Positions 10,319 through 20,225 of a stretch of DNA of 64,000 bases are shown one piece after another; the first letter of the stretch is position 1, and every line of letters starts with the position of its first letter. The notes under the pieces were generated by a model. It did no database searches, was not told the DNA's origin, and was given only the letters and a program-made list of their open reading frames with translations. The position numbers and the translations under genes were made by a program. The DNA comes from Candidatus Latescibacterota bacterium (GTDB lineage Bacteria > Latescibacterota > UBA2968): positions 2,112,001-2,176,000 of the forward strand of contig OZ240241.1 of NCBI GenBank assembly GCA_965198115.1. Reading direction: 5' to 3'.

Positions 10319-11450
10319 AGTCGGTCGTCGCCTCGTACCGACGCTTGCGGCTATCCTTCTGTGCACGACGCATCTGTGCGCCCAGAAAGAGCCTGGGCTC
10401 AACCTGTCGCGCAACGGCGTCCTGCACTACAACCGCGTCGAGGGCCTCTACGCCGGTTACCGTCTGAAAGCCTCGCCCAAGCGGGCCCGCAAGGTCACTC
10501 TATTCGTCGACGGCGGCTTCGGATTCCACCTGCAGGAACCCCGATGGGAGGCTGGCGTCACCTATCAGACGCGCAAAGCGCGGATGGGGCTGACCGCTTT
10601 CGACAGGACCGAAACCAACGACCGCGACATCATTCGGACGGGCGAGAACACCTTCAACGCCCTTCTCTTCAAAGGCGACTACCGGGACTACTTTCGGGCC
10701 CGAAACGGCTTTTCTCTGTCGAGCAAATATCGCCTTCGCAAAAACCTCGACCTCAGGAGCAGCATCACCGCTTTTGCCTACCGCTCGATGCCCGTGGAGG
10801 TAGAGTGGAGCATCTATCGAAACGGAAGGCCTTTTCGGCAGAATCCGGCGGTGAGGGAGGGCGATGCGGGCCAAGTACAGATCGGCGTCGTCTACGATGA
10901 CCGACGAAAAGGACCGATCTTCAGGAACGGGACACTCATCTCAGCGACCTACGAGCGTGGGTTCCGCGAATTCCCTTTCGACGGGTTTCTTCTCGCCCTG
11001 AACCGACGCCAGAAGACGATTTTCGGAAAGCAAGCCTTCATCCTACGCTTCCTGGCCGGAAGTCGAGAAAGCATCGATGAGCAATTTCTGTTCGATCTGG
11101 GGGGGGTCAGCACGCTCCGTGGCTACCGAATCAAGGAGTTCACGGGCAACCGGGTCCTCCAGTTGAATGTCGACTACCTCTTCAAGGGGGATCTCCTGGG
11201 CCGCATTCGGGTCAAGGGCACTCACCTGCTCGAGTTGATCCTCTTCGCCGATGCCGGCTGGCTACAGACGACACCCCGTTCGAAGAACCTGTTCAGCGGA
11301 TTCAGTGACTTCCGAGTCGGCGATATCAAGACCAGCGTCGGCGCCGCTGTTTCCCTCTACCGGCAACTCATCCGGTTCAACGTCGCCCGCCGACTCGACG
11401 GCGACATCGACGATTGGACTTTTTCCCTCCGATTCAAACGCGAGCTGTAG
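10308..11450 (+). CDS. Omp85-like outer-membrane beta-barrel protein
   Basis: Probable TTG start overlapping the regulator stop. YNRVEG, LGGVSTLRGY and FADAG motifs. Start uncertain. Confidence 0.65.
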   Translation: MSVEVGRRLVPTLAAILLCTTHLCAQKEPGLNLSRNGVLHYNRVEGLYAGYRLKASPKRARKVTLFVDGGFGFHLQEPRWEAGVTYQTRKARMGLTAFDRTETNDRDIIRTGENTFNALLFKGDYRDYFRARNGFSLSSKYRLRKNLDLRSSITAFAYRSMPVEVEWSIYRNGRPFRQNPAVREGDAGQVQIGVVYDDRRKGPIFRNGTLISATYERGFREFPFDGFLLALNRRQKTIFGKQAFILRFLAGSRESIDEQFLFDLGGVSTLRGYRIKEFTGNRVLQLNVDYLFKGDLLGRIRVKGTHLLELILFADAGWLQTTPRSKNLFSGFSDFRVGDIKTSVGAAVSLYRQLIRFNVARRLDGDIDDWTFSLRFKREL

Positions 11451-11616
11451 CTAAGAGCCGTTGTCCATTGTCCATAAGAATCGATAAGGCCGCCCGAACG
11501 CGACTCGATCAAAGGGCAGCCTTCTTGTTTCCAACCAGCAAACTCTGGTCACTGGTCAATGGTCACAGGTCAATGCTTCCCGCCACCATCCTCCGTCCAC
11601 CGCGTCTACCGCCGCA

Positions 11617-12612
11617 CTATATGTCAACATCAAGGCTCTTCCCCAACTTCGCCGACTTTCGTGCCGCGTCCAACACCTGCATCACGCGCAGGGCGTGTTC
11701 ACCGGTGATGATCAGATCCTTCCCTTCGCGCAGATGCTCGGCGATGTTCACGTGCAGACTCTCTCGATCGATGGCCTTTGACCGCCGCAACTCGTAGTCC
11801 TCGCCCCAAACCGTCACCGTCTCGCCACGCCCTCCCTCATCGGTCAGCGTCGCCTCCGTTCCCAGAACGAACCACTTGTAGGGAAGTCCGGCGTAGGAGA
11901 TGTCCGCCTTGCCGGCTCTGGCCCGAACGCCATCCTCGAAGATCATCGTAATGTCGAACAGATCCTCCGCATCGCCCCATTTGATGTGGCGCACGTCTGC
12001 GAAGATCTGAACGACCCTCTTTCCGTCGAAGAGATCCAACACCTGCTCGACCCAATGCGGACCGAAATCGAACATCGTCCCCCCGCCGGCCGATGCAGTG
12101 ATTCGCCACGCCTGATTGTAGTCCGGAACGCCGAACCCGACCGCCGGGCGCGCCCCCATCGTTCGGTTTTCGACATACACGAGGTCACCAACCAGTCCGT
12201 CCTCAACGGCGGATTTGACGCGTCGGTAATCGTTGTCGAAATGCCGGTTGTGATAAACCGTCAGTGTGACCCCGTTGGTCTTCGCGGCCGAAAGCATCTC
12301 CTCGGCCTGCGCCGCTTCGAGCGCCATCGGTTTTTCGATCAGCGTGTGTCTCTTCGCCTCAGCCACACGGAGTGCGTCGGCATAGTGGGCCGACGAGTGC
12401 GTCGTGATCAGCACGAACTCGACATCCCAGGACAGCAATTCATCCAGGCTGTCCGTCGCCCTCAATCCCTCTTCGGCAGCTGCCTCACGACGCGATTCGG
12501 TGATGTCGCACACGCCCTGTATGTCATAAAGCTCACAGTCACGCATCGCACCCAGGTGATGGTTCGACGCCATACGACCGAAACCAACGATACCTGTTCT
12601 GATCGGCTCCAT
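11617..12612 (-). CDS. Gfo/Idh/MocA family oxidoreductase
   Basis: GIVGFG, EKPMA, YHNRHFD and GGGTMFDFGPH motifs. Confidence 0.9.
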   Translation of the reverse strand: MEPIRTGIVGFGRMASNHHLGAMRDCELYDIQGVCDITESRREAAAEEGLRATDSLDELLSWDVEFVLITTHSSAHYADALRVAEAKRHTLIEKPMALEAAQAEEMLSAAKTNGVTLTVYHNRHFDNDYRRVKSAVEDGLVGDLVYVENRTMGARPAVGFGVPDYNQAWRITASAGGGTMFDFGPHWVEQVLDLFDGKRVVQIFADVRHIKWGDAEDLFDITMIFEDGVRARAGKADISYAGLPYKWFVLGTEATLTDEGGRGETVTVWGEDYELRRSKAIDRESLHVNIAEHLREGKDLIITGEHALRVMQVLDAARKSAKLGKSLDVDI

Positions 12613-12638
12613 CTTCTTCTCCCTATCCGTTCATAACG

Positions 12639-12666
12639 AAAAACGGGCAGGAAAGATCCCGCCCGC
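12639..12666 (-). terminator. Intrinsic terminator downstream of ahcY
   Basis: Minus strand reads GCGGGCGGGA-TCTT-TCCTGCCCGT followed by a T run. Confidence 0.65.
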
Positions 12667-12723
12667 TATTGCTTCTACACACCCGTCTGTCTGTGGACAC
12701 GCCTCTCCGTCTCACGATCGATT

Positions 12724-14163
12724 CTAGTACTTGTAGTGCTCCGGCTTGTAGGGTCCGTTCACGGGCACACCAATGTAGTCCGCTTGATGCTCCGACAGCT
12801 CTGTCAGTTTTACACCCAGTTTATCCAGGTGGAGCCGAGCCACTTCCTCATCCAGGTGTTTCGAAAGGCGGTAGACATCGATGGGGCGCTGGTTCTCCCA
12901 GAGGTCGATCTGCGCGAGGACTTGATTCGTGAACGAGTTGGACATCACGAACGAAGGATGACCCGTGGCGCACCCCAGATTCACGAGTCGTCCTTCGGCC
13001 AGAATATACAGGGAGCGACCGTCGGGGAACGTATACTTGTCGACCTGGGGCTTCACTTCTTCCTTGACGATGCCGGGGAACGATTCCAGCTTCTCGATCT
13101 GAATCTCGTTGTCGAAGTGGCCGATGTTACAGACGATGGACTGATCGAGCATCTTCTCCAGGTGCTCGATTCGGATGATGTCGCAGTTGCCGGTCGTCGT
13201 CACGTAAATGTTCGCCTCACCCAGCGCGTCTTCGATCGGCTTGACCTCGTAGCCTTCCATCGCCGCCTGCAACGCGCAGATCGGATCGACCTCCGTCACG
13301 ATCACGCGAGCACCGAATCCGCGCATCGACTGGGCGCACCCCTTGCCCACATCGCCGTATCCGCAGACTACCACGACCTTGCCCGCCACCATCACGTCCG
13401 TTGCCCGCTTTATCCCGTCGGCCAGCGACTCGCGACAACCATACAGATTGTCAAATTTGGATTTGGTCACAGAATCGTTCACGTTGATCGCCGGAAACAG
13501 CAGACGTCCTTCCTCCTTCATTTGATACAGTCGATGAACGCCCGTCGTCGTCTCCTCGGAAACACCCTTGAGCTCCCCGGTGATACGGTGCCAGAATTGG
13601 TTGTCTCGATCGAGCTGACGCTTGAGGATCGCGTTGATGATCGCCAACTCGCGATTGTCCGTCGGCTCGTCCAAAATCGTCGGGTCGTCCTCTGCCGCGT
13701 GACCCCGATGAACCAGCAGCGTGGCATCGCCGCCGTCGTCGACGATGAGTTGCGGACCCTGCCCGTTCCGGAAGCTGAGCGCCTGGAGCGTACACTCCCA
13801 ATATTCCTCGAGCGTTTCTCCTTTCCACGCGAAAACCGGCGTCCCGCCCTCGGCAATCGCGGCAGCCGCGTGATCCTGAGTCGAAAAGATGTTGCACGAC
13901 GCCCACCGAACGTCCCCCCCGAGTGCCTTGAGGGTTTCGATCAAGACGGCTGTCTGGATCGTCATGTGCAAGGACCCCGTGATCCGGATTCCATCGAGGG
14001 GCTTCTTTCCCCCATATTTTTGCCGGACGGCCATCAGACCAGGCATTTCCTGCTCGGCGATCGTGATTTCGCGTCGTCCGAACCCCGTTTCCGCCTCGTC
14101 GGAGATCTTGTAGTTCAACCCTGAGTAGTCGGGCAGTTTGATTTCATCGACTGCGATCGGCAT
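12724..14163 (-). CDS. ahcY: Adenosylhomocysteinase
   Basis: [32 protein letters not shown] and [14 protein letters not shown] motifs. Confidence 0.98.
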   Translation of the reverse strand: MPIAVDEIKLPDYSGLNYKISDEAETGFGRREITIAEQEMPGLMAVRQKYGGKKPLDGIRITGSLHMTIQTAVLIETLKALGGDVRWASCNIFSTQDHAAAAIAEGGTPVFAWKGETLEEYWECTLQALSFRNGQGPQLIVDDGGDATLLVHRGHAAEDDPTILDEPTDNRELAIINAILKRQLDRDNQFWHRITGELKGVSEETTTGVHRLYQMKEEGRLLFPAINVNDSVTKSKFDNLYGCRESLADGIKRATDVMVAGKVVVVCGYGDVGKGCAQSMRGFGARVIVTEVDPICALQAAMEGYEVKPIEDALGEANIYVTTTGNCDIIRIEHLEKMLDQSIVCNIGHFDNEIQIEKLESFPGIVKEEVKPQVDKYTFPDGRSLYILAEGRLVNLGCATGHPSFVMSNSFTNQVLAQIDLWENQRPIDVYRLSKHLDEEVARLHLDKLGVKLTELSEHQADYIGVPVNGPYKPEHYKY

Positions 14164-14214
14164 GGCGCATCCTTTGTAGTGACGAGCGTCGCTCGTGTAT
14201 CCGTCATCGACCGA

Positions 14215-15375
14215 CTAGATGCGGGCGTCCCGTTTCAGGGCGGCCGCCTTGTCGGTGTTCTCCCACGTGAAACCCTCACCCCGCCGACCGAAGTGGCCAT
14301 AAGCGGCTGTCGCTGTGTAAACCGGTCGTAGCAACTTAAGCTTTCTGATGATGCCGGTCGGTGTCAGGTCGAAGTGCTTTTCGATCAGCGAAACGAGCGT
14401 TTCGTCGTCGACTTTCCCCGTTCCAAACGTGTCCACCCCGATCGACACCGGTCGGGCCACCCCAATCGCGTAGGCCATATGTACCTCGCATCGGGAAGCG
14501 AGACCCGCCTTCACCACGTTCTTGGCCACCCACCGGGCCGCGTAATGGGCGCTTCGGTCAACCTTGCTCGGATCCTTACCAGAGAACGCGCCCCCACCGT
14601 GTCGACCCATTCCGCCGTAGGTGTCGACAATGATCTTGCGACCGGTCAGGCCAGTGTCACCGTGCGGGCCACCCACGACGAACCTGCCCGTCGGGTTGAC
14701 GTGGTAGATCGTATCCCGATCGAGGAACCTCGCAGGGACGGTGGGCCTGATCACCTGCTTGATGATGTCATTCGTAATCCGCGAATGGCTGACCTTGTCG
14801 TCGTGCTGGGTCGAGATGACGACAGTGTGGACACGAACCGGTCTGCCGTCCTCGTACTCCACCGTCACCTGGGACTTGCTGTCTGGCCTCAGATACGGAA
14901 TCTTCCGCCCCTTGCGAAGTCGTGCGAGCCTTTGGACCAGCTTGTGGGCCATCATGATCGGGAGCGGCATCAACTCGGGTGTTTCCCGACACGCGTAACC
15001 AAACATCATTCCCTGATCGCCGGCACCCTGCTCCTCGTGCAAGCCTTCTCCCGCAGAGACACCCTGCGAAATGTCCGGCGACTGCTGGTGAAGGGCGATC
15101 AGGACGCCGCACGACTGCGCATCGAAGCCGTATGCCGAGTCCGTGTATCCGATCTTCGAGATCGTATCACGAACGATGTCGGACACGTCGACGTAGGCCT
15201 TGCTCGTCACTTCTCCGGAGACAATCACCTGGCCGGTCGTCACGAGCGTTTCACACGCGACCCGCGACCGCGGGTCCTGCGCGAGCATCGCATCCAGGAC
15301 GGCATCCGATATCTGGTCACTGACTTTATCCGGGTGTCCTTCGGAAACGGACTCGGACGTGAAGAGATGACGCAT
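14215..15375 (-). CDS. metK: S-adenosylmethionine synthetase
   Basis: [19 protein letters not shown] and [16 protein letters not shown] motifs. Confidence 0.98.
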   Translation of the reverse strand: MRHLFTSESVSEGHPDKVSDQISDAVLDAMLAQDPRSRVACETLVTTGQVIVSGEVTSKAYVDVSDIVRDTISKIGYTDSAYGFDAQSCGVLIALHQQSPDISQGVSAGEGLHEEQGAGDQGMMFGYACRETPELMPLPIMMAHKLVQRLARLRKGRKIPYLRPDSKSQVTVEYEDGRPVRVHTVVISTQHDDKVSHSRITNDIIKQVIRPTVPARFLDRDTIYHVNPTGRFVVGGPHGDTGLTGRKIIVDTYGGMGRHGGGAFSGKDPSKVDRSAHYAARWVAKNVVKAGLASRCEVHMAYAIGVARPVSIGVDTFGTGKVDDETLVSLIEKHFDLTPTGIIRKLKLLRPVYTATAAYGHFGRRGEGFTWENTDKAAALKRDARI

Positions 15376-15436
15376 ACAAACTCCGATTCTAGGTGGCGGA
15401 CAATTCGTCGGAGCACGCTACTCCGACCCGGTCCGG

Positions 15437-16444
15437 TCAATACAGACTGACTTGCGAAGACTCTCCGACGTTGAGACGGCGGCTTCCTGCTTCGACGACG
15501 GCTTGATCGCCGATGAGCGAATGTTCGAGATTGCAGCCCTTCAGGTGGGCGCCGCTCCCGACGATCGTGTCGCGCAGGACGGATTCTTCGATCAACGCGT
15601 CCTCTCCCACCGACACATAAGGACCGATCACCGAGCGCGTGATGTTAGCGGAAGGGGCAATATGGACGGGAGGTACTATAACGACGCCATCCCGCGGCGC
15701 CGGAGCGGCCGCGCGTCCGAGCAGGTGGCGATTGGTCTCCAGCAGCGACTCGGGCGCCCCGCAGTCGAACCACTTCTCTACTGGAAAGGCCTCCAGATGC
15801 GCGCCGCCGTCGACCATCATGCTGAAGGCGTCCGTCAGTTGGTATTCGCCACGCGTACGTACGTCCTCGGCGACAAGACGCGCCAGACACTCGAACAACC
15901 TCGAACTGTCGCGAATCAGATTGACGCCCACGATCGCCATGTTCGAAACGAACGACTCGGGTTTCTCAACGAGCCGAACGATGCGATCGCCTTCCAGCTC
16001 AACGACGCCGAATCGACTCGGGTCTTCCACCCGGCGCACGCCGATCGCCCCATCGGCGTCGCGGGAGACGGCATCCTCGAGCCCCCCCTCGAACACCGTG
16101 TCGCCATACACAATTAAAACCGGAAGGCCCTTCGTGAGGGGTGCGGCAAGGTGGACCGCGTGACCCAAGCCCTGCGGGTGCGGTTGTTCGATCGCTTCGA
16201 CTTCGCAGTCGTCGTAGTGCGACTTGGCGAAGGCCAGTATCTGTTCGCCACGGTAGCCCACGATCAGGGCGATTCGTCGGATACCCAGTCGGACGACTTC
16301 GTCCAGAATGTAGCCGAGGATCGGCTTCCCACCGACGGTGAGTAGCGGCTTGGGTGTCGTATGTGTGTGTGGTCGCAGCCGTGTGCCCACACCGGCCGCG
16401 GGAATGATCGCCCAACCCTCCGAAAGATCAGTTGAGGTAGGCAG
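15437..16444 (-). CDS. Sugar-phosphate nucleotidyltransferase with C-terminal left-handed beta-helix
   Basis: AIIPAAGVGTRLRP...PKPL, GLGHAV, VEKP and GEYQLTDA motifs. The conserved first strand lies upstream of the ORF-track start (16390), so the probable start is CTG at 16444. Confidence 0.85.
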   Translation of the reverse strand: MPTSTDLSEGWAIIPAAGVGTRLRPHTHTTPKPLLTVGGKPILGYILDEVVRLGIRRIALIVGYRGEQILAFAKSHYDDCEVEAIEQPHPQGLGHAVHLAAPLTKGLPVLIVYGDTVFEGGLEDAVSRDADGAIGVRRVEDPSRFGVVELEGDRIVRLVEKPESFVSNMAIVGVNLIRDSSRLFECLARLVAEDVRTRGEYQLTDAFSMMVDGGAHLEAFPVEKWFDCGAPESLLETNRHLLGRAAAPAPRDGVVIVPPVHIAPSANITRSVIGPYVSVGEDALIEESVLRDTIVGSGAHLKGCNLEHSLIGDQAVVEAGSRRLNVGESSQVSLY

Positions 16445-18221
16445 CGGTGCCCTCCACGGTCCCTCGCGTCACCCTCTCGCGAATCGCATCTCTCGTCGTC
16501 AGGGACATCACATCGTCCGCCAAAGCCGCAGCGTCGCTGAACCGAATGTTCCGAACGGCCTGCTTCACATCGAACAGCGAGGGCGTACTCATGCTCAGGC
16601 CGTCCACACCCATGCCGAGGAGTAGAATCGCACACGCCGGGTCGCCCGCCATTTCGCCACAAACGGTGACCGGAACGCCGTGCGCCTTCCCGGCGTCCAC
16701 GATCTGTTTGATCAGTCGAACGATCGAGGGGTGGTAAGGGTCGAACAGGTAGGCTACTCGGTCGTTGCCTCGATCGACGGCAAGGGTGTATTGGATCAGA
16801 TCGTTCGTCCCGATACTCAGGAAATCGACGTAACGGGCGAGCTCATCGGCTAGCAGCGCGGCCGATGGCACCTCGATCATGGCCCCGACTTGAATCGACT
16901 CATCGAAGGGGACTTTTTCTTCGCCCAGATCCGCTTTCGCCTGTTCCAGGGCCGCTAGAGCCTGGTGCAGTTCTTCGACCGTCGCGATCATCGGAAACAT
17001 GACGTGCACTTCGCCAAAGGCGCTCGCCCGCAGAATCGCCCGAAGCTGGGCCTGAAACATCTCTGGTCGTGACAGGGAAACGCGGATGGCCCGCCAGCCC
17101 AGAAACGGGTTCATCTCGTCCTCGCCGTGATCGAGATAGGGCATCTTGTCCCCACCCAGGTCGAGCGTCCGAATGACGGTCGGCTGGGGAGCCACGCGCT
17201 CCGCCAGCCCACGGTAGACCTCCGCCTGTTCAGATTCACTCGGATCGGAGGACGTCGCAAGGAACAGATATTCGGTTCGGAACAGACCGACCCCCTCCGC
17301 TCCGTTGTTCAGGCCCGACTGCGCTTCGATCGGCAGTTCGATGTTGACCATCAGCTGGACGCGGCGCCCGTCTTCGGTCTCTGCGGGCAGATCGCGGAGT
17401 TTCGCCAGACCTTCGCGTTCGACCTTGCGTTGCCCGGCCTCCTGCTCGTATCGCTCCAGTGTCTCGGCATCGGGGTTGATGATCACCAGACCGCGTGTGC
17501 CGTCTACGACGGTCATATCACCCGGCTGGAGCGCGTCGACCACATCCCTCACGCCCACGACGCACGGAATCTCCATCCCCCGGGCCATGATGGCGGTGTG
17601 GGAGGTCCGCCCTCCAACTTCCGAAACGATGCCATGTACGTGGTCTGACTGAATGTGGACCATGTCGGCGACCTGCATGTCGTGCGCGACGACAATCGCG
17701 TCGTAATCGAGCTGATCCAGGAACGACTCTTCTCGTTCGCACAGCTTGGCCATCACACGGCGTTCGACCTCGTGGAGATCCGACTTCCGGGACCGGAAGT
17801 AGGAGTCCTGGATCGTATCGAAACGGCGTGCCATCTCCCGAACCGTGACCCGATAGGCATACTCGGCGTGATAGCGATAGACCCGAATCCGCTCAATCGT
17901 GGGTTCGCACAGAGACCGGTCCTGGGCCATGAGAAGGTGGGCGTCCAGAATCTGTGCGTGTTCCTTGCCCAGCTTCTCTTCGACCTGATCGCGAATCACT
18001 CTCAGATCATCGCCCGCTTCCTCCACCGCCCGATCGAATCGCCCTACCTCATCTTCAATCCGCTCCTCGGCGATCTGGCCGTAGTCGATCCAGAAATCCG
18101 CGGGATCGAGAATGAAAACGGGTCCGATCGAAACGCCGGGGGAGGCTGGGGTGCCCTGCAGCGTTTCCGAGGGTCGTGCGTGACCGTTACCGTGTGAAGC
18201 TGATGTCGATTGTTGCGCCAA
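16428..18221 (-). CDS. ptsI: PTS enzyme I (PEP-protein phosphotransferase)
   Basis: GGRTSHTAIMAR phospho-His motif, GVGLFRTE, NPFLGWRAIR, SIGTNDL and CGEMAG. Confidence 0.95.
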   Translation of the reverse strand: MAQQSTSASHGNGHARPSETLQGTPASPGVSIGPVFILDPADFWIDYGQIAEERIEDEVGRFDRAVEEAGDDLRVIRDQVEEKLGKEHAQILDAHLLMAQDRSLCEPTIERIRVYRYHAEYAYRVTVREMARRFDTIQDSYFRSRKSDLHEVERRVMAKLCEREESFLDQLDYDAIVVAHDMQVADMVHIQSDHVHGIVSEVGGRTSHTAIMARGMEIPCVVGVRDVVDALQPGDMTVVDGTRGLVIINPDAETLERYEQEAGQRKVEREGLAKLRDLPAETEDGRRVQLMVNIELPIEAQSGLNNGAEGVGLFRTEYLFLATSSDPSESEQAEVYRGLAERVAPQPTVIRTLDLGGDKMPYLDHGEDEMNPFLGWRAIRVSLSRPEMFQAQLRAILRASAFGEVHVMFPMIATVEELHQALAALEQAKADLGEEKVPFDESIQVGAMIEVPSAALLADELARYVDFLSIGTNDLIQYTLAVDRGNDRVAYLFDPYHPSIVRLIKQIVDAGKAHGVPVTVCGEMAGDPACAILLLGMGVDGLSMSTPSLFDVKQAVRNIRFSDAAALADDVMSLTTRDAIRERVTRGTVEGTAAYLN

Positions 18222-18250
18222 GTTTCCCCGTGGTGTAAGAAGGGCTCCGA

Positions 18251-18511
18251 TCAGTCGAAGTCGCCACTGATCATCCCTGTGAGTTTTTCGACGGCCGTCT
18301 CGTCGTCGGGTCCTTCCGCCCGTACCGTGATCTCCGACCCGACTTCCGCGGCCAGCATCATAACGCCCATGATGCTCTTCCCGTTAACCTCGAGACCATC
18401 TTTGATGAACGTGATTTCCGCCTGAAACTGCGATGCTGCCTGTACTAAATAAGCAGCAGGCCGTGCGTGAATACCCAGCCTGTTCTTCACCGTCGCGACT
18501 TGCTCTACCAT
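18251..18511 (-). CDS. ptsH: HPr phosphocarrier
   Basis: GIHARPA (His15) and NGKSIMG (Ser46). Confidence 0.95.
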   Translation of the reverse strand: MVEQVATVKNRLGIHARPAAYLVQAASQFQAEITFIKDGLEVNGKSIMGVMMLAAEVGSEITVRAEGPDDETAVEKLTGMISGDFD

Positions 18512-18607
18512 CGGCGCTGACCATCGGATCGGGGCCGGCGATTGGTGGCAATGTGGGGATGGAACATCTTGTGCAGTCGTCGTTTAGGAGAGAATTTCTG
18601 CCCGTGG

Positions 18608-18636
18608 AATCTATAAATGCGACCCATTTCTGTCAA
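18608..18636 (-). promoter_or_regulatory. Sigma70-type promoter for ptsH-ptsI-nucleotidyltransferase-metK-ahcY
   Basis: TTGACA-17 nt-TAGATT on the minus strand. Confidence 0.6.
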
Positions 18637-19400
18637 GCAAGACGCGCCACGGCGAGCACTGAATCCGGACCCTGCACGTGCCCGCAACCAGTCGTGTCCA
18701 CCGCATCGACATCGACGGGTGGAACCACGACGCGGTCATCCCCCGTGTAAACGATGCTCCCTTCCGCCCCCTTGGTAAGGATGAAGGTCCGCACTCCGGA
18801 CGACAGCAGACCTTCCGCAATGGGTTCCGGATCACCCATCTCGTGACGGCGCAGGAACCCACTGGAATTGATGACCACTTCCGCGAAGCCACCCAGTGGG
18901 TGATCGCCCGTCAGCTCGATACTCACGACCGGCACGCCACGCCCCCGAGCCAGGCGGGCCGCATCGACAGCCGCATCACCCAGAAATGGATCGACCGAGA
19001 GCAGGCGAATCCCGTCAAACGCACGATCATCCAAAGGCGGCGCAGACAGATTGGGAAACGCGCCCAGAATCGTTCGGGCGCCGTCTGGATCCGACAGAAT
19101 GACGGCGTGTCCGGTCACCAGGTCCGACCTGGTCCGCACGAGCGAAACGTCCAGCGCTTCCACTCGCTGCAGACCCGCCATAAGGAAAGCCCCGAGGGGG
19201 TCTTCCCCGACCGTATTGCCAGATAACCGCACACCTTGTCCGAGCCCACAAAGCGTCACCGCCGTGTTGGCCGCCTCACCCCCGATGCAATCGATCTCAT
19301 CCAGGATACGCGCGTGTCCATCGCGTTCCGGGAACCGGGACACGCGGATCATCCTGTCGACGCCGATCACGCCGTAGCAGAGAATCGTGGGAGCACGCAT
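18633..19400 (-). pseudogene. PfkB/ribokinase-family kinase, C-terminally truncated or degenerate
   Basis: GGEAANTA and LTKGAEG are present, but the DTTGxGD signature reads DTTGCGH and the ORF stops 15 codons after that His. Confidence 0.6.
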
Positions 19401-19466
19401 TCAGGAGCACGAAAAAGGGCCGCTCGGCTGACTGAGCCGCGGCCCCAACGCGAGTAAGAATGACTT

Positions 19467-20216
19467 TCAAGAAAGCGAGTGGATGGCGTCCCCGAAGGCG
19501 CGAACTTGGTCGGCGTCGGCTTGCCCTTCGAACGCGGTACCGATCACCACGAAATCCGCCCCCGCCTCCACCCGATCGCGGGCATCTTCCGGCCGGCGAA
19601 TGCCACCTCCCACGATCAGCGGGATCGTCACGTAACCGTCTACCGCCCGGATCATGTCGGCCGGAACCATCTGATCGGCGCCGCTACCCGCATCGAGGTA
19701 AACACACGCCATGCCGAGGTATTCGGCGGCCAGTGCGTGGGCCATGGCAATCTCCGGCTTCCGTCGCGGAATCGGTTTGGTGTCGCTCACATACTCGACC
19801 GTCGTTTGAACACCCGACTCGACGAGAATGTATCCTGTCGAAATCGGTTCGATACCGTGGGCCCGAATGGCCGGTGCCGCCTTCACCTGCTGACCGATCA
19901 ACAGGTCGGGATTCCGCCCGCTGATCATGGAGAGAAACAGAATCGCATCTCCGGCAGAGGAAACCTGCGTAGTGTCACCCGGAAAGATGATAAGCGGCAC
20001 GTCAGCGACCGCCCGCTTGACCGCTCGGATCATGCCCTCGAAGTTCGTGGAGATCAGGAAGCTGCCGCCAAACAGCAGCGCATCGGCCCCCTGTTCCACG
20101 CACATCTCTGCCCGGGCAACGATGTCGTCCTTGTCTTGCCGGTCGGGATCGAGCAGGGCGAGGAAACCGGCGCCGCGTCGCGATCGGATATCCATCAATC
20201 GTTCGAACGTCGTCAT
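19467..20216 (-). CDS. Geranylgeranylglyceryl phosphate synthase family protein (group II-like)
   Basis: LLDPD, GGS, FPG, GYILVE, YLDAGSG and VGGGIR motifs. Confidence 0.9.
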   Translation of the reverse strand: MTTFERLMDIRSRRGAGFLALLDPDRQDKDDIVARAEMCVEQGADALLFGGSFLISTNFEGMIRAVKRAVADVPLIIFPGDTTQVSSAGDAILFLSMISGRNPDLLIGQQVKAAPAIRAHGIEPISTGYILVESGVQTTVEYVSDTKPIPRRKPEIAMAHALAAEYLGMACVYLDAGSGADQMVPADMIRAVDGYVTIPLIVGGGIRRPEDARDRVEAGADFVVIGTAFEGQADADQVRAFGDAIHSLS

Positions 20217-20225
20217 CCCCTCCGA

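Noticed and set aside
14164-14214. Possible SAH/SAM riboswitch between metK and ahcY
   Set aside because: Only a short ACGAGCG/CGCTCGT palindrome in 51 nt, and no aptamer consensus recognised.
12736-15450. Long plus-strand ORFs (462 and 358 aa) opposite ahcY and metK, and similar ORFs opposite alaS and recA
   Set aside because: Typical antisense open frames of GC-rich genes, with no motifs.
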